Shown here: piece by piece, positions 38,201 to 50,873 of the stretch | Position numbering within the stretch: position 1 is the stretch's first letter | Layout: each line of letters starts with the position of its first letter | NCBI RefSeq assembly: GCF_000150275.1 | Contig: NW_002060943.1 | Location: forward strand, 1,028,731 to 1,092,730 | DNA from: Trichoplax adhaerens | Lineage: Eukaryota > Animalia > Placozoa | DNA: 64,000 nucleotides | Reading direction: 5' to 3' | Program-made: the position numbers and the translations under genes | Notes under the pieces: model-generated | What the model was told of the DNA's origin: nothing | Databases searched by the model: none | The model's input: only the letters and a program-made list of their open reading frames with translations

Positions 38201-41200
38201 AACATGCTAAAAAGATTGAAAAGATCAATAATGCACATGAAAAAGAAAAGCAAGAACGACTCAAGAAAATACGTAAAGAACTTAGCGATATAAGAATACG
38301 CCGTAAGAAGGAACTACAACAGCGTCATCGCAACGAAGCTATAATAGCAGGCGTCGATGGCATTGAAACCGAAATACCAAGTGAGTCAGAAGCTGATCAT
38401 GATTTACTCTCGTTAGCTAAACAACAAGAAGAATTACTTGCCGAATTAAGACGAGCATATGCTGAAGAATTAGCTGCAGACATGGAAGCAAATAGTGCAG
38501 AGAATAGGAGAAAATTAGATGAAGAAATGGAAGCACGTATGAGAGCATTAAATGGTTCACGCAGTGGTGATATTGATGGAGCATTAAAGAATGCTACCGA
38601 TTATACAATAGCTGCCAATAATCGTAACAAGAATATGCGAGATCGCATGCAAAATCGCAAAGATAGAAGGAAAAATCGACAAAAGGGAACTATTGACATA
38701 GATGATGAAAAATTATTAGAGGGTAATAATGAAGAAGTAGAAAAAATAAAACAAATTTCCAACTTGCAAGAAGACGCTGATCGTCTTTATGAAGAAGCGG
38801 CATTAATGCAAGTTGTAGCTGAAGTTGAATACGAAGGTCAAACTGAAAATTACGAAAAAGTAGCTCAGCAAGTACTACAAGATCCAAGCTTCAATGATGT
38901 TGTAGATGATGACAAAGCTTTGATTGTCGAAGATATTATGTCAGAATTAGCAACAAAGAAACAGCAACAAGTTGACGAAGCAAATGGACACATGGAATTG
39001 ATTGAGGCCAAGAATGAATCGATCAAGAAACAGAAAGAATGTGAATTGACCGCCGAAGCAGTTAAGAAGCAGACTGAGCTATCAACTCGAGCAATGATTG
39101 AGCTTAATAATGTTGAAACTGCAACAGCTGTCAAGAAAATTACTGCTGTTAAACCTGATAAGAAAGTTATAGAAATTGAGGCAGAATTGAAAGAAAAGCA
39201 TTTAGAAGATCAAATTAAATTGCGATTGGAACACCGAGAAGAAATGGCTGAAATTGAACGTCAAGCGCAAGAGGAACAAAATAAGGCATTAGAAGAAATT
39301 GTAGAAGGAATGGCAGCTAAATTAGAAGAAGAAGATGTCGAATTCCAGAAGAAAGCAGCCGAAGCTAAGGAGAAATTAAGCGCAGAAGAATTCCAAAAAA
39401 TGCTTGATGACCATGAGAAAGAATTGGAAAGTATGCAACAAAATCAAGAGATAGAAATTGCTAAACATCGTGATCAATTGAATAGCAAATTGGAAGAACG
39501 CCGTCGACGTAAACAACAACAACTTGCAAGGAAACAGGAAATTGAAATGCAAAAGAAACTACTACAACAGCAAGCTGAAGCTGACCGATTAAATGCCGAA
39601 CGAGAAGCGAAAAAGGAGGATGCAGCATTGGCTGAGACAATTAAAGAACTTAAAAATAGCGATAACGAGAATGAAAGTAAGCGTGCTGAAAACTTAATCT
39701 ATCATGTTATGCAACAGCGTCATGCTAAAGAAACATTACAACATGAAGAACAACTCAAGAAAGAACTAGCGACTGCTTTAGCAGAAGCTCAGAATAACGT
39801 TGCGACTAAATGTCAAGATAATCGTGACAAATTAGTTGAACAACATGAACATCAATTAGCAGAATTATTGGCTCACTCAGATGGAATAAGTCCACTAGAG
39901 TTGAAATCACGTCAACGTGCTCTAGAAGGGAAGCAACAGACTCAGTTAGCTGAGTTCGATAAGGATGCTGCGACTAAAATGCAAGAGGCAGCCAAAGATG
40001 TAATGTTTAACTTGCAAATTCAACATGCTAATGCTAGATTGGCCTTGAAAACGAAGCAACTAGCTGAATTATCGAGTTCGATGCAAGAATTAGCTGGCCA
40101 GCGAGAATTAATTGCCGAGTATACTGATAGGACCAATGAAGCTACTCGTACTGCGCAACAGGATCGAGAAAAAATTATGAAAGAAATGGAAGCAAAATTA
40201 GAGAAGATTAAGGCTGAAAAAAGGAAAGCACAAGAGAAACAGCGAGCTGAATTGGCTCAACAATTGGAAGCACTACAAGATGAATTGCAACTTGAACAAA
40301 GCAAAGATGAACAATATCTAGAAGAGCAGATAGCGGAGAGAGAGAAGGTTCATGAAGAGCAACGTAAAAAGAAAGATGAACTAATGAAATCGAAGATAGA
40401 AAAGGAGGACTTGAATGAAGATGAAAAACAGAAACTCATCGAACAGCATCAGAGAGATCTTGCAGAATTGGAAATTGCACAGCAACGCGAAAGAGAAAAG
40501 AGCCGAGGTGCCTTGAAAAGAAAATTGGAAGAGCGTCGTAAGAAAAAGTATCAAGCAGCCGTTAATCAATTGGAAAAAATCACCGAAGATGATGAGGAAG
40601 CAACTGAAGAAGAGGAACGAGCACAAATTCGAGCAATACAACAAGACAATATTCAGAAACTAGAAACCACTGCTAGCAAACTTGAAACTCCCAATGCTCC
40701 AATTCATGAACCACAAACTGTTGACTTAGCTGAAGTTGTCCAGCCGGATGGCATCGTTACTGCCGATAGTCATGTACCAACAGCAGCAGCTGCTGGATTA
40801 ATTAGACCTAACGATGTTTACAACTATACTGAAAGGGACTGGATGGCTTTACTGACGGCATCCCCAGTCTTCCAACAGATCTGCCAAATTGAGAATATGC
40901 TAAGCAATGGTGGTACTTTCGGACCAGATAACAAAATATTGGGTGCAGGCTCAAGTGGTAGTTATATCGATTCTAAAGATGCTCAATGGATTTGTAAAGG
41001 AGATTTAATCCCGGTTGATATCAATCACTTAAGTCCAAGCCACTTTGTTATTTATCGATTTGGCTTGTTCGTAGTTAAAATGTTGAGACAATGCGCTAAA
41101 TTCCCTGAAGTTACTATGTTGGTTGCGTCCAACTTACCTTCGCACAAATATGATCGTAACGCCTTCCGTAATTCTTACCATTACGATAGGAAGCGCAACA

Positions 41201-42538
41201 TCTTATTTATAAGGAATGAGAGATTGGAATCAGTCGGCGATTTTATCGTTGTTATCATGCATGCTTTAGCTCATGTCAAAGTTGGAGATTTAGCTAATGA
41301 CGGCAATCCAGATTTCTTACGAGAATTTTATAAGGTTAGAAAAGTAGAAAGATCATTGATGGCATTACTGTCAATAGAATGATTAACTGTTATTTTTCTA
41401 TCGATTCTTATTAATAAAGTCGTTGATTGAGCTAGATAATTTATTACAGGAAGGCTACAAAATTTACGATAGAGCAATAATACGCGTTAGTCAACTTGTA
41501 CTATGAAAATAATTCCTTGCGTTTATTATTAAATAGGCTATGAAGGTTTGTTGTCAAGATTTCTTCTTTTCAAGATCAAAGAAGAGCGATATCTCAAGCA
41601 AATTAGTGAAATCAACTGATACCGAACCATTGCAAGCTATCTTTAGACATGCCAAGACCAATAAGCAACAGATTAATATTTTTGAAGAATTAGTTGAGAC
41701 TAAAGTAGCTGGACCGAACGAACTTGATCTCAATGAAGTAAGTATTGCTATACATTCACATATGTCGAAAATACTGTATAAAAATACTCCTCTATCTTAG
41801 TTATTAAAATGATGAATAAATGATATTACATTAATAACAGTCGATCTATACTCGTACAGACATCATTTACTGATTATAATTAAGTAAGAATATAATTCTA
41901 AAACTTTCTGAAACTCTTAACAGGGACTTGAACGACATATGGCTCGATTCCAAAAGTATATGGATACCGTAGAATTGCGTAACTATTTGTTAGCACAAAA
42001 AGCCCAGAAAGAAAGCAAATACGATCAAGAGGATACTATCGAAACTAAATTGGCCACCTTACGAGGAGAAAAGAAAGCATCCCTTCAGCCAACGTAAGTT
42101 TATTGTCGAAAAGTTTTCTTAGCATCATTTCATTTTTAGCAAATGTTTATTAAAGCGTTAGTTAAAAAAGTAATAAATCATTTTTAATCTTATTGTTACT
42201 TACATATAATGTTTAGGCCTAAAGTGCAAGCTGGTATACTTCGCGGTGGATATAAAAGCGTGAAAGATATCATGAATTCGCAAATAACTCATTTACGGGG
42301 AAAATCTGATCAATACAATGCCGAATTAGTCCAATTACTGAAAGCTGAATCAGAGTTAGCTGCAGCAATTAAGAACTTAGAGCAGAGCAGCGATGAAGAT
42401 GATTCTAGCAATAACTTACAACGAGCCAAACAGCAATACAGCACTGTGAGCATGCAAAAGCGAGAGGTATTGAATAATTTGACACAATGTGAGCAAGATA
42501 TCAGGAAGAAACAAAAGCAATGCGAGCAAGCATCCTAA
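17276..42538 (+). CDS. Giant Cys-rich (GCC2/GCC3, ephrin-receptor-like repeat) type-I membrane protein with coiled-coil cytoplasmic tail, ~7,900 aa, two frameshifts in this sequence
   Basis: Exons: 17276-17342 (signal peptide METKKSLLGFFLLLIFLPNLTK; alternative in-frame ATG at 17267), 17943-18054, 18240-18327, 18487-41334, 41537-41737, 41924-42093, 42217-42538. All junctions are GT-AG and phase-compatible. Exon 4 contains ORFs 18535-36225, 36125-37000 and the frame of 37237-41382 (open from ~36900), joined by frameshifts at ~36210 and ~36915. Hundreds of CPxGxYC motifs and one TM helix. Confidence 0.85.
18487..34250 (+). other. Cys-rich repeat ectodomain (CPxGxY/F/HC, GCC2/GCC3-type) of the giant protein
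   Basis: Continuous C-P-x-G-x-[YFH]-C / C-x-x-C-x-x-G repeats over ~5,250 codons, with many N-x-S/T sequons. Confidence 0.92.
34918..34992 (+). other. Single transmembrane helix of the giant protein
   Basis: WIMIFTMLGVTLGLMFLLAVLLLVF followed by basic RKH (stop-transfer). Confidence 0.9.
37980..40690 (+). other. Long E/K/Q/R-rich coiled-coil region of the cytoplasmic tail
   Basis: About 900 aa of charged, helix-forming, almost Pro-free sequence, e.g. KLEERRRRKQQQLARKQEIEMQKKLLQQQAEADRL. Confidence 0.85.
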
Positions 42539-44163
42539 AAATTCTATCGCCGCATCAAATTTAAATTTTTGATTAATGTAGTTTAGCCTATTTTAGTAGT
42601 AATTAATTATGCTATCGATGTGATATGCAGTATTATTAGGAAAAAGTAGATTAGCCAATGCAAGTAGGTACGATTGAAGTTTAGATAAAACGGATAGCCT
42701 TTAATTCTTTTAAAAGATCTGATTTTGTACTCCTAGTGAAAAAGTTGATATGGTATCAAGTAGGTTAGCCTAATTTTTGAAAACTTACTAGAAATTGACA
42801 CTGCTATGCATGTTGCATAGGAAAAGACGAATAATAAATCATTTTAGTATCTTTTTTTTACGACGCATTCCTGTCACTTTTTTTATCCATAATTACTGAT
42901 ATGAAAGGCAACGAACAAGTTGCCATTAGGCGGCTTGTAATCATTTGTAGGCATTTTTTGTGATGCCCTTATTGATGCTATTCTATTTTCCCAAAAAAAT
43001 ATATTATAGACGATTAGCAAAACATGTATTTTTGTTTGGAACTTTGTTCATTTTTTTGTTGTGAAGCACCAACGTTTATTCTACTAATGGTAAAACAGTC
43101 GCCCTGTTTTTACAAACGAAGGTTTCCAAGAAACTGAAGTAGGAAATTTATTGTTTGAAAATTATTTCACAGCTTAGTTAATACTTTTTATCTGGGTTTC
43201 CAACTTATTGAGTATGGCCAAGTCCATATCAGTAGATTTTACATATTCTTACTTATTTGATATCCTATGTAAGTGCTTTATTCATTAGAGCAACATGCAC
43301 ATTTTGACCAATTGTGGCAATCTGTCACATTTCTGTATAGAATTAGCTGGTAAAAGTATTGAGGTTAAAATTAAAGTTACTGGAAATTCTAATATCAATA
43401 AAATAAATTTTCAACATATTCAGTAAAGTGTATCTATCCATCTATCTATTTATCTCTTGATCCTACTATTGATTATTGGTTTCCATGCAATACGCTACAA
43501 TATACTGTAGATGATTTAGGACGATAATTAAACTGTTGTCAGTAGGAAAGGCTTTCGAGTTTACAGTTAGAAAAGAAATACTTGTATTTTACGTACCAGT
43601 ATAGGAAAGATTGAGATTGAGTAGACCATAGAACAGGTGTCTACGGAAATTACTCATCTACTGTACTCACTACTTTACTAGTATACTCAAATAGTCTAAA
43701 TGAGCAAGTACCTATAAACTAAGCAAATTATAATCAATTTCTATTTTTTTCCGTTCTAATTCTACATTATAATAGACTGCTAAGTAAAGTTAATAGCCAG
43801 AGAACGAATCCGATATAGTCGATTAAGCACATCACCGCTGAGATATACTGATTACAGCGGTTCATATTTAGAGTAGTTTATTCAGTTCATTGCCGCTAGT
43901 AATTTATAAAGAACATAGGTATAACAATGATGCTTTCGCATTGGCTACTGCTAAATTTATTCGGCTATCGCTGAAATTTACTAGGTAGTTAGATCTAATG
44001 ATATCCAGGATTACTCAATACTTTTAGAATCCATGATTATTTCAGTTCTCTTCTATTTTTCTTTGTTCATTTGTTCCAGTAAATAGAAATAATGTAGTAT
44101 TCTGCGGTAAGAGACATTTTTATAGATATTGTGCTATAATTAAAATAGATCTAAAGGCTGCCT

Positions 44164-44995
44164 CATGCTCAATGCTCTCCGCAGCATCCGAGAGTCTAGC
44201 AACAGCAATCAATAATCCAGGATCTGCAGCATGTATCTACTTATAAATGAGTTGGATAATGTATACATGTACAATATATTAATTGAACATACTTCGCAAG
44301 CATATTCTGATCATTTCTAAGAATATATTCATGGTCAATGTTCTCCATGGTATCCTATATATATATAATTATATAATTTATTATTAATATCTACAGCACG
44401 TATCTATTTATCAATGAGATCGATAATATATACCGGTACATTAGCTGATCATACATACATGTTCTAGCCATTGCTATGAACGGATTCATGCTCAATGCTC
44501 TCCATGGTATCCTATGAGTATATATAATTAATTCAATATCTACAATCTACAGTATGTGTTTACCTATCAATGAGATCGATAATATACACATGTACAGTAT
44601 ATTAATTGAACTAGCATGCATGTTCTGGTCATTCCTAAAAACCGATTCATACACAATGCTCTCTACGGTATCCTATACCCGTACATGCAATTACATAATT
44701 TATAATTAAATTAATATCTACAGCATGTATCAACATCTCTACTTATAAATGAGATCGATAATATATGTACGTATATATTAGTTGAACATATGTATATGTT
44801 CTGGTCATTCCTAAGGAGTTTCATGCACAAGACTCTCTACGGTATCCTATAACCATCTATACAATTATGTAATATGTAATTATTTCAATCTCAGTAGCAT
44901 ATACGTATCACTTATCAAAAGAATTATTTAATAATGTACACTTATATTGTGAACTTTCGTATATGCATGATCTAGCCATTCTTAAGTACGAATTC
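44164..44995. repeat. Diverged tandem repeat, ~165-180-bp unit x5
   Basis: Recurring caatgctctc(c/t)a(t/c)ggtatcctat, atatctacagca, atcaatgagatcgataat and tgttct(a/g)g(c/t)catt blocks; anchors near 44234, 44401, 44556, 44736 and 44906. Confidence 0.8.
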
Positions 44996-47249
44996 AGCCT
45001 AAAGATACTATTAAAACACCTATAGAATTAGAATAGTACTCAGTACCAATACTGGCAGCATATAGATATAGAAAGAGTACTGTTCCAAGTTGAGAAATCT
45101 TAATGGGCAAATTGATAACTAGAGTTACAAATTCTACCGATATGTGTATTTCTTCACAAGCTAAAATTAGTTCTACGCCATGCAACTGTTAACGCTGGCA
45201 AATGTACGATTGCATCGGAAGAAAATATACTACTTATGACAATATTGCCAAATGCAAAAGTAGTTGATGCCTACTGGCAAGTACAAGATATGCTAGATTA
45301 TTGAGTGAAATAGTAATATCTTAAAACTATTCTATCTTATCTTCAATCTAATTCTCACCAAATCATTGTCTCAGTTGAGATAGAATGAAAAAAAGGCTTT
45401 TCTAGAAAGCATTGACTACTTTGACACTGCTAGGCCTATCTGGCGGAATGGTGCCCCCACTTACTACAGTATTTATCATCAGGAATCTCCACATTTACTA
45501 TTGAACCTCTTTCCCTATACTTTACAGCTTTACACGACAGAGGAATATAACGCGGAGAATTTAACCACATCGTCTAGCAAATAGACTATCGACGGATAAT
45601 ACCACGGTACAAATATAAATCAATCCTTTGTCAGGCATCAAATGAATAGGGAGGATATTATGATCATAGCATCCATCCAACAAGACTTCAATATAAATAG
45701 TATTTGTCTCAGAAGTCCCTAGTATCCATGTACAAATAGAAATAAGCTTTCGTCTGTAACTAATAGCAATTCATGATATCGAGTTCCGCATATCCATTGG
45801 CGGAAAACTCGGATAAGGTTTTATTAACTGTCTTGGTCCATTCATGCTAAGACCGATCTTTTTTACTTTGACAAAACAATAGTTAAAAATCTGGAAGAAG
45901 AAAAAAGTGCGGCAGTCTTTTGTTGTTGTTACTATAGACTCCGAAAAGACCGCAGTTGTACAGTAGTGGCATTAGTTGTAGACAACGTTTATTTGATCCA
46001 AAGTTTGTTTATTTGTTTAAAGCTACAATGGTAGCAGATTGAATTGACAGCGTTTTTCTACGCGGAAAATTCATACTGTACTACGTTCTACTATACTGTA
46101 AAGTGATGTGATCTCTCCATTACTCGTATGAAATTTTTAATTTTCTACGCTAGCTAAAATGAGAGGACAACAACACTTGGGTTTGTCACTTTCTTTGTTG
46201 GCGTGCTGCTGAAGAATAATCATTTCCTAAGTATTTCGTTCATTTCGACAGGACATAAAAGCCATTTTTAGCGTTGTTCTTACTCTGTCCTTTCCTTATA
46301 AAAATGAGACAATAGGGTCATGATTGGTTACAAAGCAGAAATCTTTATTAGTAATTTTTTTCAATTTTGACAAGCATCAAGGCGGTATAAAATGCACCAA
46401 TAAAAAAGGTAGTACAGCAAATTAAGCTGCCAATATGTACACTGATACTTTTCTCTCGTTGTAATCAACAAAGAAAAAAGCAATTTATACAGTATATCAA
46501 CATAGTAGAGCCATGGACTTCTAGAAATATACTACGGGGTATATTTCGAATAGTCCATGATAGAGTCATTAGACACGAATACCGCCAAAATTTCATCATT
46601 CTTGATCAGAGGCCATTACAACTTCAACGGCTGAAATGGTAAATGTCTAGACGTCTGCGAATACATGCATACATACGAGATCTACCTAGTGTGCCAGAGA
46701 CTTTCAATAACTTTTCTTGGAAGTTCCTAAATGCGAACTATCCTACAGTACTGTATAACAGTTGGTAGCAAACGTCAAAGTGGGCCAATATCTGAAATAT
46801 TATTACTTTAAATCTTACCAATTTGATGGCTTTGGTTTATGTCATCACATGCAAGATGTGAACCATAAACTAGACACTAGAGTTTGCAATGCTTGTATGC
46901 CGCTTATTAAGCGAGTAGTCATAACAGATTAATCGGCAAGTGAATAAAAATTTTAACAAGAATACTGAATTTAGACTCTATTAAAGTAACACATATTCAC
47001 GGCTTATGCGACTTCCGATTTCAAGTACAGTGTTATCCTCTTTATCCTATAGTTGTTTCCGCTGATGATTTAAAAATGTGTACTCGTATGATGGAGATAG
47101 TAAAGTCTTTATTACAAGTCTCTTTATAGATACGATAATGGAAATATCGCGTGGGAAATCAAAAGATCTGCGGCTTCCTAGCTCGATATCCACTGGAGTT
47201 GAGATTATAAGCAATTTATTATAACATAGGCTACATAGGTATCTATCTA

Positions 47250-47890
47250 TTTTCGGCATGCAAAATACAAGAATAACATCATAACATGACACTTGGCCAT
47301 TGCTCTCGCTTAGAAATATATATAAATATGCATACGAGAAGTCAAAGATGAGCTTCCAAGCTAATGTACTTTGCAAGGAAATAGGCATTGTAGATTCTCT
47401 TCATAGAGACTAATGTGATATCAAATGATCCCGAAATGATTTATACCATAAACTAGGATTACCTTTCCATATATAAATTACAAGAATAGTATCATAAAAT
47501 GATACTTGACCATTATTCTCGCTTAAAAATATGTAGAAATGCATACGATAAGTCAAGATGAGCATCCATGGTTATCGAGCTAATATACTTTATAAGGAAA
47601 TAGCCATTGTAGATCCTCTTTTTCGAGACTAATACGGTGTCCAATGATCGGGAAATAATTTACACCATAGACTAGGAAAACCTTTCGACACACAAAATAC
47701 AAGAATAACATCATAAAATGACACTTAGTCATTACTCTCGCTTAGAAGCATGTACTGTATAACTGCATACGATAAGTCGAAGATGAGCATCCATTGTTAA
47801 CTAGTTAATGTACACTTACTAAATACTTTACTAGGAAATAACCTTTGTAGATCCTTTTTACAGTGAATAATACAATATCAAATGATGCCG
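47250..47890. repeat. Diverged tandem repeat, ~215-bp unit x3
   Basis: caagaata..atcataa at 47268, 47481 and 47700; shared ctctcgctta, gcatacga.aagtc and aggaaata...ttgtagat. Confidence 0.85.
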
Positions 47891-48734
47891 AAGCGATAGC
47901 AGAATAAATCAATGGAGATTTATTGTCAAAAGATGGAATACTACTGCACGTCCATGCATAAATAGGATCATCTATAAGAGCAGAACTCATTATTCACCAT
48001 AGTCAATATACCACATGAATTAGCCAAGCTATTCATTGCAGCATGCAGCTGTATACTCTATTTGCTGAATGGAAAGATCACGCGGAAATCTAGGAACAAA
48101 GTCGGCGAAATGTTTGCTGGTTAATTAAAATTTTGTTTATTTATTTATCTGATCTAGAAGCATACAAATGCATATCACAAATGAAATATATAGTTCACGG
48201 TCTACAAATCAGTCTATTCTAAAACCAGAGACATGATAAGATATCATTCCATACTTTAACGTGCCATGATGTAAATTCATCTGCTATGTCGATACTAATT
48301 CATCCTGTAAATTAAAAACAACCGGCTAGTGGCCCTTCGATCTTTATACAAATAATCTTAGCCCTAAGACTTTCTATACTTTATTCGATAGTATAAAATT
48401 GTAGAAAGTTTCTGATGATACCTATGAGAAGAATATAATTCTATGTTATTCGATAGATTAGATTAACTGTCAAGTGTTCCTTGCTTTAGCAAGCATACAT
48501 TGAATTTATAAATAATGAATACATAATTAATCAGAGAAATCTATATTTTCTTTTATCATTGATTTCATCCACGGAAGTACGATAGATACGTATGGGCTAC
48601 TTATAAATTCAATCGCTGTCTACTGACCTTTTCAACTGCAGAAACCAATTTTCTATGCCTTTTTTTAATTAAATCGTTAATAGAGATGCAGCGATATTGG
48701 CAGCTATAGTGACTAGAAATACGAGTAGGGATTT

Positions 48735-49570
48735 TCTTTATCTCTTTTGCCCGTCGATGCCGCTAATCTTATTGAATGATCGATATACTCTGGCAATCCA
48801 GACATTATCAACCTTTATCTAGAAGCTAAGTTACAACTAGTTCTTTGCTCTATCACACATGCATACCAATCCTCGCCAGTGGTCAGAATACTTTAGTAAC
48901 CGAGACTTAATCTACATCGAGTTATAATGTAAACTTATCCTTGCCCTTTCTCACATATAAATCGATGCAGGTAATCCTCATCAACGATCACGATGCTCTA
49001 ACAATCCAGATTTAATCAACCACTGGCTATAATCTAAAATTACTACTAGTTCTATGTCTTATTTCTCATGCATACTAGTCTTCGCTAGTGATTAACCGAC
49101 TCTAGCAATTCAGACATTATCTATGCATATCTAGTTATAATCTAAAGCTATCCTTGCCTATCGATGCCACTAATCTTCATCAACGATTGGTATACTCTAG
49201 TAATCCAAACCTTATCAACCTCTTGCTATAATCTAAAATGATAACTAGTTTATGTGTTCCCATTACTTATACACACCAATCTTTACCAGTGATCAGTCTA
49301 CTCTGGCAATGCAAAATTGATCAACCTTGTACCATAAAGTAAAATTAAAACTATCTCTTTGCCTTTATGACTCCTGCATACCAATCTCCACCAGTAATGA
49401 GTCTATTCTAGCAATCTCGACTTTATCTATCTGGAGTTATAATATAAAACTATCATTGCCCTATTTCTCTTTGCCTATCGATGGCGTTCATCTTCATCAA
49501 CGCTCAGATACCCTAGCAATACAGACTTTATTAATTTCTTGCTATAATCTAAAATTACAACTGACGCTTT
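48735..49570. repeat. Diverged tandem repeat, ~200-bp unit x~4
   Basis: tcgatg anchors at 48754, 48962, 49161 and 49478; recurring ctct(a/g)gcaat, tataatctaaaat and gcataccaatc. Confidence 0.7.
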
Positions 49571-50873
49571 GAACTATTTCTCCTGCCTATCCATACCGCT
49601 AGTATCAATCTTTAACACGACTTACGCTAAATCCGCCGAGAAATCCTATGGCGCATCTTGATTATTGATCAATGAATTATAGGCATCAAGTTACGGCTAA
49701 TGTTCATCGTTGATATCAATCCATAAACGGCCACATGTGTATAATTCTCAATGAATCAGTAACCTAGTATCAAAGTATTGTTCTATCATTGAATAAGCCA
49801 ATTTCTCAATCTAGCCATGAAATGGCATGGTATCATTGAATAGCGACATATTTTTATTTAGCCCACGACGCGCTTATAGATCAATTGTCCGATCAAAGCG
49901 GACACAACAAAATTGGCCTAGAAGAGAATATATGCCATTACTACTACGACTACTGCTGGCCTATAGAAAAGAAAATGCTTTATTTTATCCTCCTATTGTA
50001 CTGTCCATTTCTCTATTAAAGTAAATTCAAATGAATATGTCGAAAATATAAAGTATTGTTTCAACTTTGTGCCATGAGGACAAACTAGAATTTACTCCTC
50101 CTCTCCTTTGTCGGATTGTTACTGGTCAATGGATAGTGACCATATGAATATTATTTGCTTAGAATGCGGTAACCATGTTGAGTCATTTCCCTTCTAATTT
50201 TCCCATGGCTTAAGTGTCATCGGCATTCCATAGTCGAAAAATTAAGGTCGGTATTTATTTTGAAGTCTTTACTCTCTTGAACTTGATTGATAGTATCTAT
50301 TCTACAGCGCTGATCAGTCAAAAGGTTTGTCTTTTCATACAATCAATTAGCTTGATTAAATCAACTTTAACTCTTCTTGCAATGGATGCGTTGACCACTA
50401 AATTTGCCTGCTATCTTATTTCATCTGTAAATGATTGGATCTAAATTAATTTTACCTTCGACAATAATATCATCGCGTGGCGTCCATTGACCTTTGAAGC
50501 TACTTATCCATCGAGAAATTATTGCTAACTCTTACTCCAATTCATAACAAAGCCTTGAGTAAGATATTACGCGATCTTGATTCAAGGTATTGGCAGTAAT
50601 TTAAAGCTATTTATCGGATAAAATTAAATTCCATCATTTCTTTCTTTCTTTGCTCTATAGTAGACTAGCGGAGAATAGTGGTAGAGAAATTTGAAATTAA
50701 AGCATTATCCATAGAACCTATTTCAATAGTAGGAAAAATTCTTGACTTCTTCAACGTAGATCTCCACACACTACTTCAACGACATTGGAATAGAAAAAGA
50801 TTTGAATACGATTGGACTTGTTTAGTTTAGTCTCCTATGGGTATTACAGTAAAATGATATAAGCAAGAAAAAT

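Noticed and set aside
19169-40644. Dozens of short alternative-frame and antisense ORFs within the giant gene
   Set aside because: Shadows of the main frame's repetitive codon usage; none has a recognisable domain.
36125-41382. Treating ORFs 36125-37000 and 37237-41382 as independent genes
   Set aside because: There is no intergenic, promoter-like or intron-like AT-rich gap. Protein motifs continue across the frame switches, and the frame of the 37237 ORF is already open from ~36900.
44994-50444. Short ORFs in the intergenic region (e.g. 47047-47388, 49327-49572, 50214-50444)
   Set aside because: They overlap diverged tandem repeats or AT-rich sequence and show no domain motifs or coherent splice chain.
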